Positions 24,691 to 38,790 of a stretch of DNA of 64,000 bases are shown here, piece after piece. The stretch spans positions 26,879,891 to 26,943,890 of the forward strand of contig NC_068998.1 of NCBI RefSeq assembly GCF_001194135.2, given 5' to 3'. Each line of letters begins with the position of its first letter. Position 1 is the stretch's first letter. A program made the position numbers and the translations under genes. The notes below the pieces were generated by a model, which searched no databases, was not told the DNA's origin, and was given only the letters and a program-made list of their open reading frames with translations. The DNA comes from Octopus bimaculoides (lineage: Eukaryota).

Positions 24691-26030
24691 GCCTGCCCTA
24701 TGATATACAGATATTTCGAACCGTAAACTCTTACATATACCGAAATAGAAATTATAAATATAGAACTGTAAAAATTATAACNNNNNNNNNNNNNNNNNNN
24801 NNNNNNNNNNNNNNNNNNNNNNNNNNNNNNNNNNNNNNNNNNNNNNNNNNNNNNNNNNNNNNNNNNNNNNNNNNNNNNNNNNNNNNNNNNNNNNNNNNNN
24901 NNNNNNNNNNNNNNNNNNNNNNNNNNNNNNNNNNNNNNNNNNNNNNNNNNNNNNNNNNNNNNNNNNNNNNNNNNNNNNNNNNNNNNNNNNNNNNNNNNNN
25001 NNNNNNNNNNNNNNNNNNNNNNNNNNNNNNNNNNNNNNNNNNNNNNNNNNNNNNNNNNNNNNNNNNNNNNNNNNNNNNNNNNNNNNNNNNNNNNNNNNNN
25101 NNNNNNNNNNNNNNNNNNNNNNNNNNNNNNNNNNNNNNNNNNNNNNNNNNNNNNNNNNNNNNNNNNNNNNNNNNNNNNNNNNNNNNNNNNNNNNNNNNNN
25201 NNNNNNNNNNNNNNNNNNNNNNNNNNNNNNNNNNNATATATATATATATATATACGTGTGGACGCGTCTGTGTGTGTGTGCATGCGTGAGTGTGTGCCTT
25301 TCTGTTTGTTTGTCCCCTATCTCTGCTTGGTAACCGTTACTAGTGTATTTACGTCCTTTAGTCTAGCGTTTCGACAAAAGACACCGATAGAATAAATACC
25401 AGGCTTTAAAAAACTAAGAACTGTGGTCGACTAAAAATTCTCCAAGGTGGTGACCCAGCGTGGCCGCAGTTTAATTACTGAAACAAGTAAAAGATAAAAT
25501 AAAGGGTATAGTTTATATGTCATAGAATTTTAAAGATATTATAAACTTTTAATCCAAATAACAGTTATTTACAATATCTTTCAGTGTTAAAGTCTGTTTA
25601 GAAAAAAAAAACTATTTTGGCAACATGCTACAAGTGAATAACTTGAAATCTTCCATCTATAGTATTTTGTTCTAGTATGTCTTTGACCAATTGAAATGGT
25701 TATAGCCTGAAGATTTACCATTAACTGTATTAATGGATCTCAAATTTGTCTTCTTTTTTATCGAAACTGAGTTATTGTTGATTAAGTCTCTTAGTTCTTT
25801 ATCAATACGTGTAAATGTCTGCACGCATACTTAAAAATATATTAGTATAGCTCAGAATTCTATACATATTTATATGTGTGTATGTATATATGCATATATG
25901 TAAATATGTATGTATGTATGTATGCAAATATGTATGTATGTAAGTATGTATGTATGTATACATGTTTGTCATGAAGTGTATTTCATTACATATATATGAA
26001 GATATATATATATGCATACATATATACATC

Positions 26031-26063
<33 letters not shown>

Positions 26064-27790
26064 NNNNNNNNNNNNNNNNNNNNNNNNNNNNNNNNNNNNN
26101 NNNNNNNNNNNNNNNNNNNNNNNNNNNNNNNNNNNNNNNNNNNNNNNNNNNNNNNNNNNNNNNNNNNNNNNNNNNNNNNNNNNNNNNNNNNNNNNNNNNN
26201 NNNNNNNNNNNNNNNNNNNNNNNNNNNNNNNNNNNNNNNNNNNNNNNNNNNNNNNNNNNNNNNNNNNNNNNNNNNNNNNNNNNNNNNNNNNNNNNNNNNN
26301 NNNNNNNNNNNNNNNNNNNNNNNNNNNNNNNNNNNNNNNNNNNNNNNNNNNNNNNNNNNNNNNNNNNNNNTGTGTATTTGTACATATATTTTAGTATATA
26401 TGTCAGGACAAATATAAAAATATTAAAAAAAAGGAATAAAGAAATAATGTTGAAAAAGTGTTACTTTTTATAAGTCACAACTTTCAGAAAACATTCGTTG
26501 CAGCAAAATCTAATTATTATTTGGTCATAAAGAATATTCTAGATTTTTTTCTTGACTATTAGCAGGAGCTAAAATTTATGTTTTCTTTGTTATTTATCAT
26601 AACTTTCCGCGAACAGTTATTGAAAGTCCCAACGCTACAACAGAATTCATAGTTCTGAAATGGTCATTTATGACTTGAATTGTTCCAATAAGACTTCCGT
26701 CACCATAAATTAACAATGTTTTGTTAAAGTACCGTTGAAAAACTCTTTACATCGTGGTTATATGAGCGATAACACTACAATCAATGACTCTTCAATGCCT
26801 TCCCCAGATCTCTCAGGGAAATTGAACTCAGTGCTCCAAGCTAATGGAGCACTTATTGAGATTACAGAGCCATCACAGTTTTGGCCAACGACATTTTTTC
26901 TAACATGTGGCATCTATTTTATAACTAAATGAACCGGGTTATATGTTTAATGGTCAATGGCATAGTTCAAGAACCGATGGTAGGAAACTAACAGTTGATC
27001 TCCGAACTGATTATCTATTACCCTGTCCATTTCGCCAACTCCGCTCTCAGAACTCCCTCTCTACACAATCCATCTTTACGGTATCTATGACAACATCGAC
27101 ATACAAAATGTTGGCAGTATTGACCTGTTTTGGCAGAACTGTTTTGGTTACGTCTTAGGATGGAATCGATATGAGGTGATTTTTAAGGCTAGATTTTTAG
27201 ATTTTTAAGGTTAGATGTGAGAATATAATTCCTCTGTCGTTTTGAGACAGATGAAGATCATCTTCCTTTGGAAATGGAATAACTGAAGACTTTGAGAAGG
27301 CTGCTACATGTTATTTAGCTTCCTTCTAGAAAGATGAACTAAGTCACTAGTGTAAATATTCTTGTCTTTAATTTTCATTTTCTGAAAATTTTATACACAA
27401 ACTGACATATACACGCATAAATTATGTACCTTCATGTACGTCTGTTTTCAGAATTTGTGTGCTTTCTTACTTTAAAATATAACAGAAATGTGTGGAGAAT
27501 ATCGTGTGCATATATATATATATATAAATCTTTAGTTAAATATATTCAATGAGAATATTATATACTAAACTTATATTGAGTGCTATATTGTATCAAAGTT
27601 ACTGAAGACCAACGAAAGAAGAAAATATGGATTAAAGTCTTATACTAAAGTGTACTTACCAAAATGCAAAGCAGTAACTTTTAATTTTTAATATTTGATT
27701 TATATTTCAAACAAACACCTTTTATAATATTACTTCATATCTTTAATAAAAAAAATACCATTCGATAAATTATACATATTCTAAATTTTA

Positions 27791-27882
27791 TATCTCTGAA
27801 GAGCAGAACAGTTGTCTATAAATGCTTATCAATATAGGATTCCATTATTAAGACAGCGCTCTTGTGAAACGATCGTAAGATA
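27791..27882 (+). ncRNA. Type I hammerhead ribozyme with extended stem II and 35-nt loop II
   Basis: tatct-CTGAAGA-GCAGAACAGTTGTC...GACAGCGCTCTTGT-GAAAC-GATC-GTA-agata; stem I 5/5, stem II 11/14 incl. G.U, palindromic GATC loop III. Confidence 0.75.
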
Positions 27883-28506
27883 ATTTAAAACCTAATTCAA
27901 AATTTTTAAACTGACATATTTAATATTATTATATTATATATTTATACTTATACATATTTACATNNNNNNNNNNNNNNNNNNNNNNNNNNNNNNNNNNNNN
28001 NNNNNNNNNNNNNNNNNNNNNNNNNNNNNNNNNNNNNNNNNNNNNNNNNNNNNNNNNNNNNNNNNNNNNNNNNNNNNNNNNNNNNNNNNNNNNNNNNNNN
28101 NNNNNNNNNNNNNNNNNNNNNNNNNNNNNNNNNNNNNNNNNNNNNNNNNNNNNNNNNNNNNNNNNNNNNNNNNNNNNNNNNNNNNNNNNNNNNNNNNNNN
28201 NNNNNNNNNNNNNNNNNNNNNNNNNNNNNNNNNNNNNNNNNNNNNNNNNNNNNNNNNNNNNNNNNNNNNNNNNNNNNNNNNNNNNNNNNNNNNNNNNNNN
28301 NNNNNNNNNNNNNNNNNNNNNNNNNNNNNNNNNNNNNNNNNNNNNNNNNNNNNNNNNNNNNNNNNNNNNNNNNNNNNNNNNNNNNNNNNNNNNNNNNNNN
28401 NNNNNNNNNNNNNNNNNNNNNNNNNNNNNNNNNNNNNNNNNNNNNNNNNNNNNNNNNNNNNNNNNNNNNNNNNNNNNNNNNNNNNNNNNNNNNNNNNNNN
28501 NNNNNN

Positions 28507-28936
28507 TAAGTCTTTTTCCAGTGAAGTTATTCACTGATATCGAAAAAGTGAAAACAAGCAATGTTAAATCTCTGAACGAGGTGTTCTCCTGGGGCTAAAA
28601 GCAACAGTAACATCCACCCTTAGGGGTCAGCCACATTTAAATGGCAAATATACTTCACTTTATCGTGCAGTTACTGTTAACACCTCGTTCAGAGATTTAA
28701 CATTGCTTGTTTTCACTTTTTGGATATCAGTGAATAACTTCACTGGAAAAAGACTTATATACTGCCAAGGGATTGTCATTCTCATCGAAGGTCGGTGATT
28801 ATCGTACGCTGAAGAAGGGAAATAACCCTAAAACTCGGGCCCGTACGTATCGCAGATCAAGATGGGAGGGATACCTTCCCTTGGCAAAAATAGACAGGAC
28901 ACAGGTGTTACTTTTAACACCTCGTTCAGAGATTTA
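28507..28936. repeat. Composite inverted plus tandem repeat: 79-bp inverted arms (28507-28585/28679-28757, 1 mismatch) and ~237-bp unit bounded by a 30-bp direct repeat (28670-28699/28907-28936)
   Basis: Direct alignment of arms and of GTTACTKTTAACACCTCGTTCAGAGATTTA. Confidence 0.9.
28803..28847 (+). ncRNA. Degenerate type I hammerhead (two core substitutions)
   Basis: cgtacg-CTGAAGA-AGGG(aaataa)CCCT-AAAAC-TCGG-GCC-cgtacg; GAAAC>AAAAC and GTC>GCC. Confidence 0.55.
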
Positions 28937-29269
28937 CCATATATATATATATACATACATACCTATTTAGATACATATTCCTTTATAGACCTCGTTACAA
29001 ATGTTTGTGTATTCTTCCAGATGTTGGCTAGGATGTCATCTCGAGCTGGTGTCTTGCTGTTTCTTAACCTTTTTAGGCGAATTTCTAATGTCTTCTATGG
29101 TTAATGGGTCGATCTGGATCAACAGTCTATCTACTCCTTTGTAATTGAAGAAAGGATCGCCATTAAATTTGGTATTAAAGTACAATGACAATGAATTAGT
29201 TCCAACTTGATGTGCTAAGCGAATAAGAAACGATCTGTTTGCCTGTATGGGGTGACAGACCAAATTAAG

Positions 29270-29760
29270 TATACATTCCCCAAAAGCCTACTAATTATTC
29301 CTGAAATTTAGATGACGTGAGGCACATGCACTCGAAGAGATATGGAGTGCACGGACATATTAAGAATTTTTGGAAGTGTTCACTGCCTGGCCGAATGAAA
29401 AAGAAATTCTTCAGGGCAATAATAGAATCAGTCCTTCTTTACCATTCACCAGCATGGACTCTGATATAAAGGAAAACAAAATTGATGGGACCTACATATG
29501 TATACTGTGTGCTGTCCTCGACAACTCATGGAAGCAACATTCAACCAAACAAAGATATGCTGATCACTGATATCGAAGCAAAGACGAATTAGGGAGTGAG
29601 CTGCATCTACAGATCCCCAGCCATGAGAATTCTCATGTCGGATGAACCGGAATGACGTACATTGGTCAACTCTCTCGTGATGTCGAGTTACAAATAGAAG
29701 ACCTCAAAAGACAGGAACACATAGAGAAAAGTGTGGTTTTGGTCCGGGCAACCCGCCCGA
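29270..29760 (+). mobile_element. RTE-X-like LINE 3' ORF remnant
   Basis: KKFFRAIIESVLLYHSPAWTL...KIDGTYICILCAVLDNSWKQH...TYIGQLSRD. Confidence 0.7.
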
Positions 29761-30154
29761 AACGATAGATAGAGGTGAAGATTCGTGTGTGCTACTCACG
29801 ATACACAAATAAATTTCAGCGGTAAATTTTACCTCACAATTTTGGTATCGCTGAAGGAATACTCTATCCACATCGCTATTCAGCCTCTGGTAACCTCGAA
29901 TTATTATATTGTATATCATGATTATATGAACAATAGTGTTGACGGTTACAGCTCAAAATAGTGGGAAGTTACTGTATTTCCTACAGTGGAAGTGACAATA
30001 AGTGCCTGTGTGGTTTAAACATAATCAGTAGTAGATACAAGTTTTGTAGCTTTTCGCTCTAAATGTGTACATCTTTCAATGATTCAGATTGATGAAATAC
30101 ACACTCAATCACACACACATACGTAGATATGTATGCAACAAGCATACATACGGA

Positions 30155-30202
<48 letters not shown>

Positions 30203-30874
30203 ACGGGATTCTGCACCATTTCCGTCTAACACATTTCACTCACAAGATATTGATCAGTGCCCAAGATAATGCTGCGCTTGATATCGAACAGTGAACCACA
30301 GGGGTGTTAAGCGAAGTTCTTAATCTACGTAGCTATGTCGACTCCGCTTCACATCCGTTCTATTTCACGCGGCTGATTAACAAACTTAGAAGTATTGGAT
30401 TGTTCTATAAGTGATAAAAACATTGAAAAATATATGAGACAGCATCATAAAATTAATTATGATGAGTGCATATGATTTTCAAGGGATACAGCTACAAGTT
30501 TTTTAGCTTCCTTCTTGAAAGATGAACTAAGTCACTAGTGTAAATATTCTTGTTTTTTGATTTTCATTTTCTGATAGCAGAATGTTATGCTACTAACTTG
30601 AGCGAATTTGCAATTTTCTTTGCATATATATCTATGTACTTTTATAGACACTGGCCCTATACATATACATACAAATACAAACACACACAAATATTGATAT
30701 ATACATATATACAAACATACATACAGGCATACACATGCAAGAAAATGTAGAGGAAGTTTTATACACAAAGAGACATATTCACGCATAAATTATGTATCTT
30801 CACGTATGTCTGTTTTCAGAATTTGTATGCTTTCTTACTGTAAGATATAACAGAAATATGTGGAGAATATCGTG

Positions 30875-30916
<42 letters not shown>

Positions 30917-33266
30917 CACAGATATATATGTTATATACATACATACATACATATTTATATACATACATACATATATCTAGAGAGAGACTTAGTGAATGAG
31001 AGAAACAGAGTGAGTGAGAGTGAGAGAGAGGGTACTTTGTATGACAATAGATTAGGTTGTTGTTTTTTTTTTCCTTTTTGTATTAGAGATATTTGATACT
31101 TTAACAATAGATATAGTCACGCACAGAAATATAAAACAGCATAAAATCGGTGGTGAGTTCCGTTCCTCTGAGTTATTTCTAAAGAACATTATTCGCTTGT
31201 ATGTAATTTATAGTTCCATTCCAAACTGACGACTACATTTGAACTGCCTCTTACTGAGCATATTCGATTATCTAAAATATTGTAACCAGATAGTCAACCT
31301 ACTTACTGATAAGCTGTAATTAACGGTTGTATTTATATGAAACTATGTTTCAGAAAAGTGTTGATCTTTTTTATTCTATAAATATATATATAATGTGTGT
31401 ATATATGAATATATATATATTATAGCATATGTATGTATATATATATAATATATAATATCATGTGTGTGTATGTATGTATGTATGTATGCATGTATGTATG
31501 CATGTATGTATGTATGTATGCATGTATGTTTCTTGACTTTAATGTAATTGCGAGCATAGAAATTACAAAAGAACAGCAACCAGGTGTTGAATCTCCTAAT
31601 TAAAGTCTTGAGGCACAATCTCTTTATCAAACAAGAGCCCCCATTTCATCTGGTCCCACATTTTACATTTTGAAATTACGTTGCATTTGAAATTTATTTT
31701 AATCCCAACATTGTTGTCTTAGATCAGCTTACTACTGCGATTTTTGATTAATCAATTTTAATTTTCACTCTGAATTTTTTACTGATTGCACCACTTTTAT
31801 TCCCTCACAATACTGATCATGCGATTATTACCAAAAGCTCTGAAAATATCTTTAGATTCAATCATTTCCAAATACAGTTGGCGTTCTTCGAAATGTAAAT
31901 GAAAAGCTTGATAAAGTACTGTCTTATATAGTGGAATGGATTTGATTCAAACTCGATAACGACAATTCGAATAAATATTTTGTTGCATAAGATAAATTCC
32001 TGCAACGAAGAATATATACTCGAGTAAAATTACTTGATAGTGTATGTATGTGTACACGAGAGACATAGAAAGAGAGGGAGAGAGAGAGAGAAAGAAAGAA
32101 AGTATTGTGTGTTACCTTTATGTAAGTTAATACATAGTAGTCATGTCTTGCATTTTTACTTGTATAACTGGAAATGTTTCGTATGACCTCCAAGTATTGA
32201 AGTATCAGTCAGGTGAGCGGAAAACGAGAATAGATGAGAAGGTATTAAGTCCACTTGATTACACGTCTACAGTATCCTCCATTACATGCACTATTTTTGT
32301 GTGTAACTTTCTGATCGACACTTGAGATATTCCACTGTGTACAATCTTTCGAAAATCTCGCCTAAACCGAAAAGTAAGAAAGCAACTCAGTTCAAAACGC
32401 ACGCAAAATCACACAAACACTAAATATGCATAAACATATCCACATATGAACATATACACTCAAGGTATATTTTTATCTTCTCGTCTATTGATACAATGTT
32501 AAATATCTATGAGACAGAGACAGTGATTCCTTAGACGATAGCTGAACTGAATTCTATGACAATCGGGAAAACGTCAGTACACTTTGTGGTAGATTTATAG
32601 TTTAGGAAACGGTAATAAAGTTTAGTGCGTTTAATGGAGAGAGGTTAAACTAACAAGTGGATAAGGTAATAAACTACAAGCATCGCCATCGGGAATTTAA
32701 TTATACTAAACATTTTTTGCTTCGCTCATCAGTAAGGCTTTTTTTATTCTATAAGAGCTCAGTTTACCTATAAATCGAATATGTTCCGAGTTTTTCTGAG
32801 AACTTCACTTACCTGCGGCAGTGAAGTGTCCAATCCCAGAAAAAGATTTAATATTCATTCTCTAAATTAAAAGAATTTCTTCATTGGTAATAGACAGTCG
32901 ACAGATTGGAATGTTTCAATCATAAATTAATAAAACTGTATCATAGATTGAATACGTCAGTATACTGTCAAGAGATTCATTTTAATCAAATATAAAATAT
33001 CTAATAAAGCTCAATTAACACATATATATTTGCTACTAAAATAGTTCTTCCAATGAAGGATATTAGACATTAATAGAGTTTGTTTACATAATATCTCAAG
33101 GCACGGAGTATCATACTGTCAGTCATTTCCAAAATTAGTGCCTGTACTAGACGTTTAGTGGCTGAAACTAAGACTGTGTGCTCTGCAGAACGTCCACACA
33201 AAATATAACTTACAAACACTTACATACACATACATGCACACACATTTACAGATCTATATGTCTGTA

Positions 33267-33316
<50 letters not shown>

Positions 33317-34270
33317 NNNNNNNNNNNNNNNNNNNNNNNNNNNNNNNNNNNNNNNNNNNNNNNNNNNNNNNNNNNNNNNNNNNNNNNNNNNNNNNNNNNN
33401 NNNNNNNNNNNNNNNNNNNNNNNNNNNNNNNNNNNNNNNNNNNNNNNNNNNNNNNNNNNNNNNNNNNNNNNNNNNNNNNNNNNNNNNNNNNNNNNNNNNN
33501 NNNNNNNNNNNNNNNNNNNNNNNNNNNNNNNNNNNNNNNNNNNNNNNNNNNNNNNNNNNNNNNNNNNNNNNNNNNNNNNNNNNNNNNNNNNNNNNNNNNN
33601 NNNNNNNNNNNNNNNNNNNNNNNNNNNNNNNNNNNNNNNNNNNNNNNNNNNNNNNNNNNNNNNNNNNNNNNNNNNNNNNNNNNNNNNNNNNNNNNNNNNN
33701 NNNNNNNNNNNNNNNNNNNNNNNNNNNNNNNNNNNNNNNNNNNNNNNNNNNNNNNNNNNNNNNNNNNNNNNNNNNNNNNNNNNNNNNNNNNNNNNNNNNN
33801 NNNNNNNNNNNNNNNNNNNNNNNNNNNNNNNNNNNNNNNNNNNNNNNNNNNNNNNNNNNNNNNNNNNNNNNNNNNNNNNNNNNNNNNNNNNNNNNNNNNN
33901 NNNNNNNNNNNNNNNNNNNNNNNNNNNNNNNNNNNNNNNNNNNNNNNNNNNNNNNNNNNNNNNNNNNNNNNNNNNNNNNNNNNNNNNNNNNNNNNNNNNN
34001 NNNNNNNNNNNNNNNNNNNNNNNNNNNNNNNNNNNNNNNNNNNNNNNNNNNNNNNNNNNNNNNNNNNNNNNNNNNNNNNNNNNNNNNNNNNNNNNNNNNN
34101 NNNNNNNNNNNNNNNNNNNNNNNNGCTGACATATTGTCCAGTGTAAATACTGGCCAACTCTGTCATGTCTTGTTTTATATTCTACAGGTGCTAAGACTCT
34201 ACACCCTGAGATTAGGTGGTCTATAGTTTCAATCGCATCGTTACAAAATCGGCATTTTGGGTCAGCTCCA

Positions 34271-34332
<62 letters not shown>

Positions 34333-34335
<3 letters not shown>

Positions 34336-35900
34336 TAGTTTTATTTTTATAGCGTGCTTTCACTTCACTACCGAGCACAGCTCTGTGTGCCTTGGGTATG
34401 TGCTGTGATTTGCTGTGATGCTCTCATGGTTACTGTATTGAAAGTGTTTTGCGTAGGGTGTGTGCAGTGCCCAGTAGTGAAATCTTTTGTATGTTACATA
34501 TATTTGTAAGTCCTGGTGTTTTTGTTATGTATTTATCTGAATACTTTTTTTATCATACCTTATGCGCCCACTATGATAGGAATTTGTTTCTGTCTTAGAT
34601 TCCACATTCGAGTTACCTCTATTTCGAGGTCTTTGTATTTTGAAAGTTTCTCCATTTCTTTTAGAGAAACGTTGTCATCTGCTGGTATTGATACATCAAT
34701 TAGAAAGCATTTTTTTTCTTCATGATCTCTGACAACTATATCTGGCCTATTGGCCTTAATTTCTCTATCTGTATGTATTGGCATATCCCATAGTATGGTT
34801 TCTTTCTTGTTTTCTGTGACCTTTTCTGGCGTGTGCCTATACCATCTTTTTTCAGTTGTTATTCCATAGTGATGGCATAGCTTCCAGTGTATTTAGGTCC
34901 CATCAATGTCGTTTCTGTAAATATATTCCATCTTAGCCAGGATTAGGCAGCCAGAGATAATATGATTTATTGTTTCTTGTCCATCTCCACATATTATGCA
35001 GTTACTTGTTATGTTTCTTTTCATTATATAGTTTTGGTAATTTCTGGTGAGGAGGCTTTGATCTCGTGCAGCAATTAAAAATCCTTCAGTCTCTGCTTTG
35101 AGTCCTGAGCTTTTCAACCATTGCTGGGATTTTTCTCTGTCTATTTCTTTTGCATTTAGTTTAGCCCAGTATTTACCATGTAGGGGCTTTTCTTGCCATC
35201 GTTTTATCATGATCCGTTGCTATTCTAGTTTTAGTTTGGATTTCATTTGTTTTATANNNNNNNNNNNNNNNNNNNNNNNNNNNNNNNNNNNNNNNNNNNN
35301 NNNNNNNNNNNNNNNNNNNNNNNNNNNNNNNNNNNNNNNNNNNNNNNNNNNNNNNNNNNNNNNNNNNNNNNNNNNNNNNNNNNNNNNNNNNNNNNNNNNN
35401 NNNNNNNNNNNNNNNNNNNNNNNNNNNNNNNNNNNNNNNNNNNNNNNNNNNNNNNNNNNNNNNNNNNNNNNNNNNNNNNNNNNNNNNNNNNNNNNNNNNN
35501 NNNNNNNNNNNNNNNNNNNNNNNNNNNNNNNNNNNNNNNNNNNNNNNNNNNNNNNNNNNNNNNNNNNNNNNNNTTGGGTGGTGCATCCTAGATTCTGTCA
35601 TTATTTTTCTTGTTTTCCTGTCTATTAGTTCATTTAGTGTCCAGTTAAGGATATTGTAGCCGTAACTTATAACTGGGACGACTAGAGTGCTGATACCTAT
35701 TATCCTGTTTTTAGCATTGAGCTCTGTTTTCAGTATTGATCTAACTCGTCTATAGCATTCTTTCTTTGTTTTCTCTTTCATTTGTGCGTGTTGTATTGTA
35801 TCTAGTTCATTGATTCCTAATATTTGTATGTCTGGCTTTGGTCTAATTCTCTTATTTCATTGGCTTTATCTAGTGTGATGTTGCTACTGTTAACTAGTTT
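34333..35900 (-). mobile_element. R4/Dong-clade RLE LINE, 3' portion, ending in (AAT)n at 34272-34333
   Basis: LKAETEGFLIAARDQSLLTRNY, CIICGDGQETINHIISGC, NRPDIVV...LIDVSIP...EKLSKYKDLEIE..RMW (PD-D/ExK RLE). Confidence 0.9.
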
Positions 35901-35949
35901 TCCTCTTTTCAGGGTTGCTTTGGCACATTTTTCTAAGACAAATTTTCAT

Positions 35950-38070
35950 ATTTATTTCTTTGGCCAAAGTTGATGCAGACTGTGGAAAAGCAGTTCATGC
36001 TCTGCTGCATCTGGGCCTCTCTGACAGCGTTGAGCGTGCAGTCATCTGCGAACAGGAAGTCGTGCACTGCATCCTCTTCCACCTTGGTCTTGGCCTGTAG
36101 CCTATGCAGTTTGAAGAGTCTGCCACCAGTCCTGAATCTGATCTTGATGCTGGTTTCGTCGTCGTCGTTGTGGAAGGCATCCGACAGCATGGCTAAGAAC
36201 ATCATGCTTAACAGCGTAGGTGCGATTACGCAACACTGCTTGACTCCGTTAGTGACTGGTAATGCATAGGAAGATTCTCCATTACCCAGTATTCTAGCGA
36301 GCAAGCTGTCGAAACTGTCGCAAGATGTTGATGAGTTTTCCCGGACAACCGAAGTCTCACATGACTGACGGCGTCAAAGGCCTTAGTTAAGTCTACAAAC
36401 GTCGTGTATAGGCCCCTGTTCTGTTCCTGGCACTTCTGAAGTTGAAATGCGGCAAAGATCATGTTGACTGTCGCACGGCCCTTTCTAAAGCCCCACTGAC
36501 TTTCTGGTAGATGCCCGTCTTCCATGTGTTCAATGAAGCGGTTAAAGAGGGCTCTTGCGTGCGATGACAAGGGGAGAAATTCCTCGGTGGTTATTACTGG
36601 ACTGCCTGTTACCATTTCTCTTGTAGAGAGAGACAAGAGAAGTGTCGTTGAACTCCTGTTGCCACATAATCTGTAAGAGATTGGTGAGCTTCTGTACCAA
36701 GTTTGCCACCACCCCGCCCCCAAGCTGGGATGAAGTCAGGGCCTGATACCTTGCCATTTGAGAGAAACGTAATTGCTTTCTGTTAGAGGTTCTGCCGGAG
36801 AAGTATTGATGTCAACTTGGCGCATGCAGGCAATGGCTTCAGCGTTGATAGAGGAACGCCTGTTTCTTGATGTTTGTTGAAGTGCTTTGCCCACCTTTCC
36901 CCGATTGAGTTTTGGTCAGAGAAGAGAGTGGTCCTGTCAGCACTGTATAGTAGTGATCACTCCAGGGCATCGTAGAAACGCTTGAAGTCGTTGCTGTCAG
37001 CATACTATATCATCGGCCTTGATGCTGAGCGAGGAATGCTTCGTCTCTCTGAGTTTTACCCACACTTTGCTTTTGGTGGAGTTGCAGGCTTCTTTCTTGG
37101 AAGCCGATGTGTTGTCTTGCTGAGAGACTCTGTAGGTTTCAGGCTTCTCATCGAGCAGCTTCTGAATTTCCTCATCGTTGTCGTCAAACCAGTGTCTACG
37201 TGTGCTGTGGCCTATATGAGAGAGTGTAGGTTTCTGAACACCACCCAGTCCTCTTCTGCTGCCTTTGTACTAACGCCCAGTTGGACCTAACCAGCAGTCC
37301 AGGTCCTCGTTCAGGTTCTGTTTCACAGTTTACAGTTCCAATTTGCTGATGTTTGGTTGCTTGTTTACCGGCTTCTCTTCACCACCTGAGCTAGATGACC
37401 ATGTCGAGTTTTGCTGGATGAGTCTGTGATCTGTCCAGTATTCTGCACCACACATGGCTTCCACTAGTCCCATCTCCTCTGATAAGGAGCCACAGAGACA
37501 TCATCGGTCACTCAGTCCTTCGGCAAAGCTAGTTACTTAAGTGATCAGACTAGATCTAATGGCAAACCAACTCCTGCTTCACGACATTCATCTCTACTGC
37601 GGCCACTGAAGAAAAAGATGTAAACGGTTTTCACCTCTGTCAGCTAACTTTCGTCTGAACCCTAGTCTCGCTCAGAGCTGCAAAGTGAATGTTGTACCTG
37701 CCGAGTTCTCAGGTCTGTTTGCCTTGGAGCTGTCCATGAGCGTTCGCACATTCCATGTGCCAATGGTGAGTGGTGTCACCGATGTTTCCGTCTTTACGTT
37801 TCGACCACGTGGTTGGGATCCCCACCTGTCGTGATATGCAGATCAGAGTAAAGTCAGGCTGGGTATGTTTAGGGCACCTTTTCTAGTTCCTTCCTCAGGC
37901 CATGGAGGTGAGTAGAGTGATTTTAAAGTGGCTGTTTATATACTGTGGGGGATGCCGAGCTCTACCGCTGCTTTGGCCATTCGGGAACAACCCTATACCC
38001 TGGGCCGCCTGTGCGTAGGTATGCGATTACAGCTTGCTGCTTTGTCAGAGAGCTTCGAAGACCCACAGTT
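35950..38070 (-). mobile_element. RTE-BovB-like LINE (5' UTR, APE, RT; internally deleted, 3' truncated)
   Basis: LTIGTWNVRTLMD (APE, ~37770); LPESQWGFRKGR, FVDLTKAFDAVS, GVKQCCVIAPTL, FLFADDC (RT). Confidence 0.9.
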
Positions 38071-38080
38071 TTGACATGCA

Positions 38081-38113
<33 letters not shown>

Positions 38114-38528
38114 TGTATACGTGCAAACAGAAAGAAAGCAAAAACTGAAGGTTTCCTGACAATGAATATTTAAGTATAAATATATTGATATTTATGAATC
38201 AATAGATCAAACTTACGCAGAGTACAAAACGACAGAGAAAATTAAAGGAGAGAGGTAAGGTGTTGTAAGTCCAGAAGCATCTGTTGAGCCGATTCCTGCA
38301 CTGGGTGGTGTTTAATATTCTTGTGCCAAATCGCTTCATTTCATATTCCTCTGCCACCACTCCGGTATCTGAAGATGAGAAGAGAGAAGTGAGCTTATGT
38401 ACAGCACAAACATTTGAATACTGTAAACAAACCACCTGTGCGTATTGTTCAGCAAGAAGTTGCAGAAACCTCATTTCTGATTTGCGATGATTGCCACCGT
38501 ACGTATCAGTGCACAATGCGTACATACA

Positions 38529-38790
38529 TACGAGGGTGAACTGAAAAACAGCTGTGAAATTTTGCATGCATAAATTTCAACTCTCCTTATTAATTATCAA
38601 GTACCTGCAGGAAAAGGGTTTAACCCCTTAAAACATTCACAACAATTTTTAAATAGTCACTGAAAAAAATACTTTCCTCTCCACTCTCGTTTTTACCAAG
38701 TGGGACTTGAAAAAGCTGAGGTCTTGACTGAGTCTTTTAGTTTTATCCCCCGCACAACATTTTCGCCATGGTCACCAACCGTATTAAAGG
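38529..38790 (+). mobile_element. Mariner 5' remnant
   Basis: TA-CGAGGG terminus followed by IIKYLQEKGLTP*NIHN. Confidence 0.5.

Noticed and set aside
29036-29263. Minus-strand RT N-terminal trace (DPLTIEDIRNSPKKVK)
   Set aside because: One weak motif only; too little to annotate.
38284-38490. Cys-rich peptide resembling a piggyBac C-terminal domain
   Set aside because: Spacing needs frameshifts; no TTAA terminus or DDD core seen.
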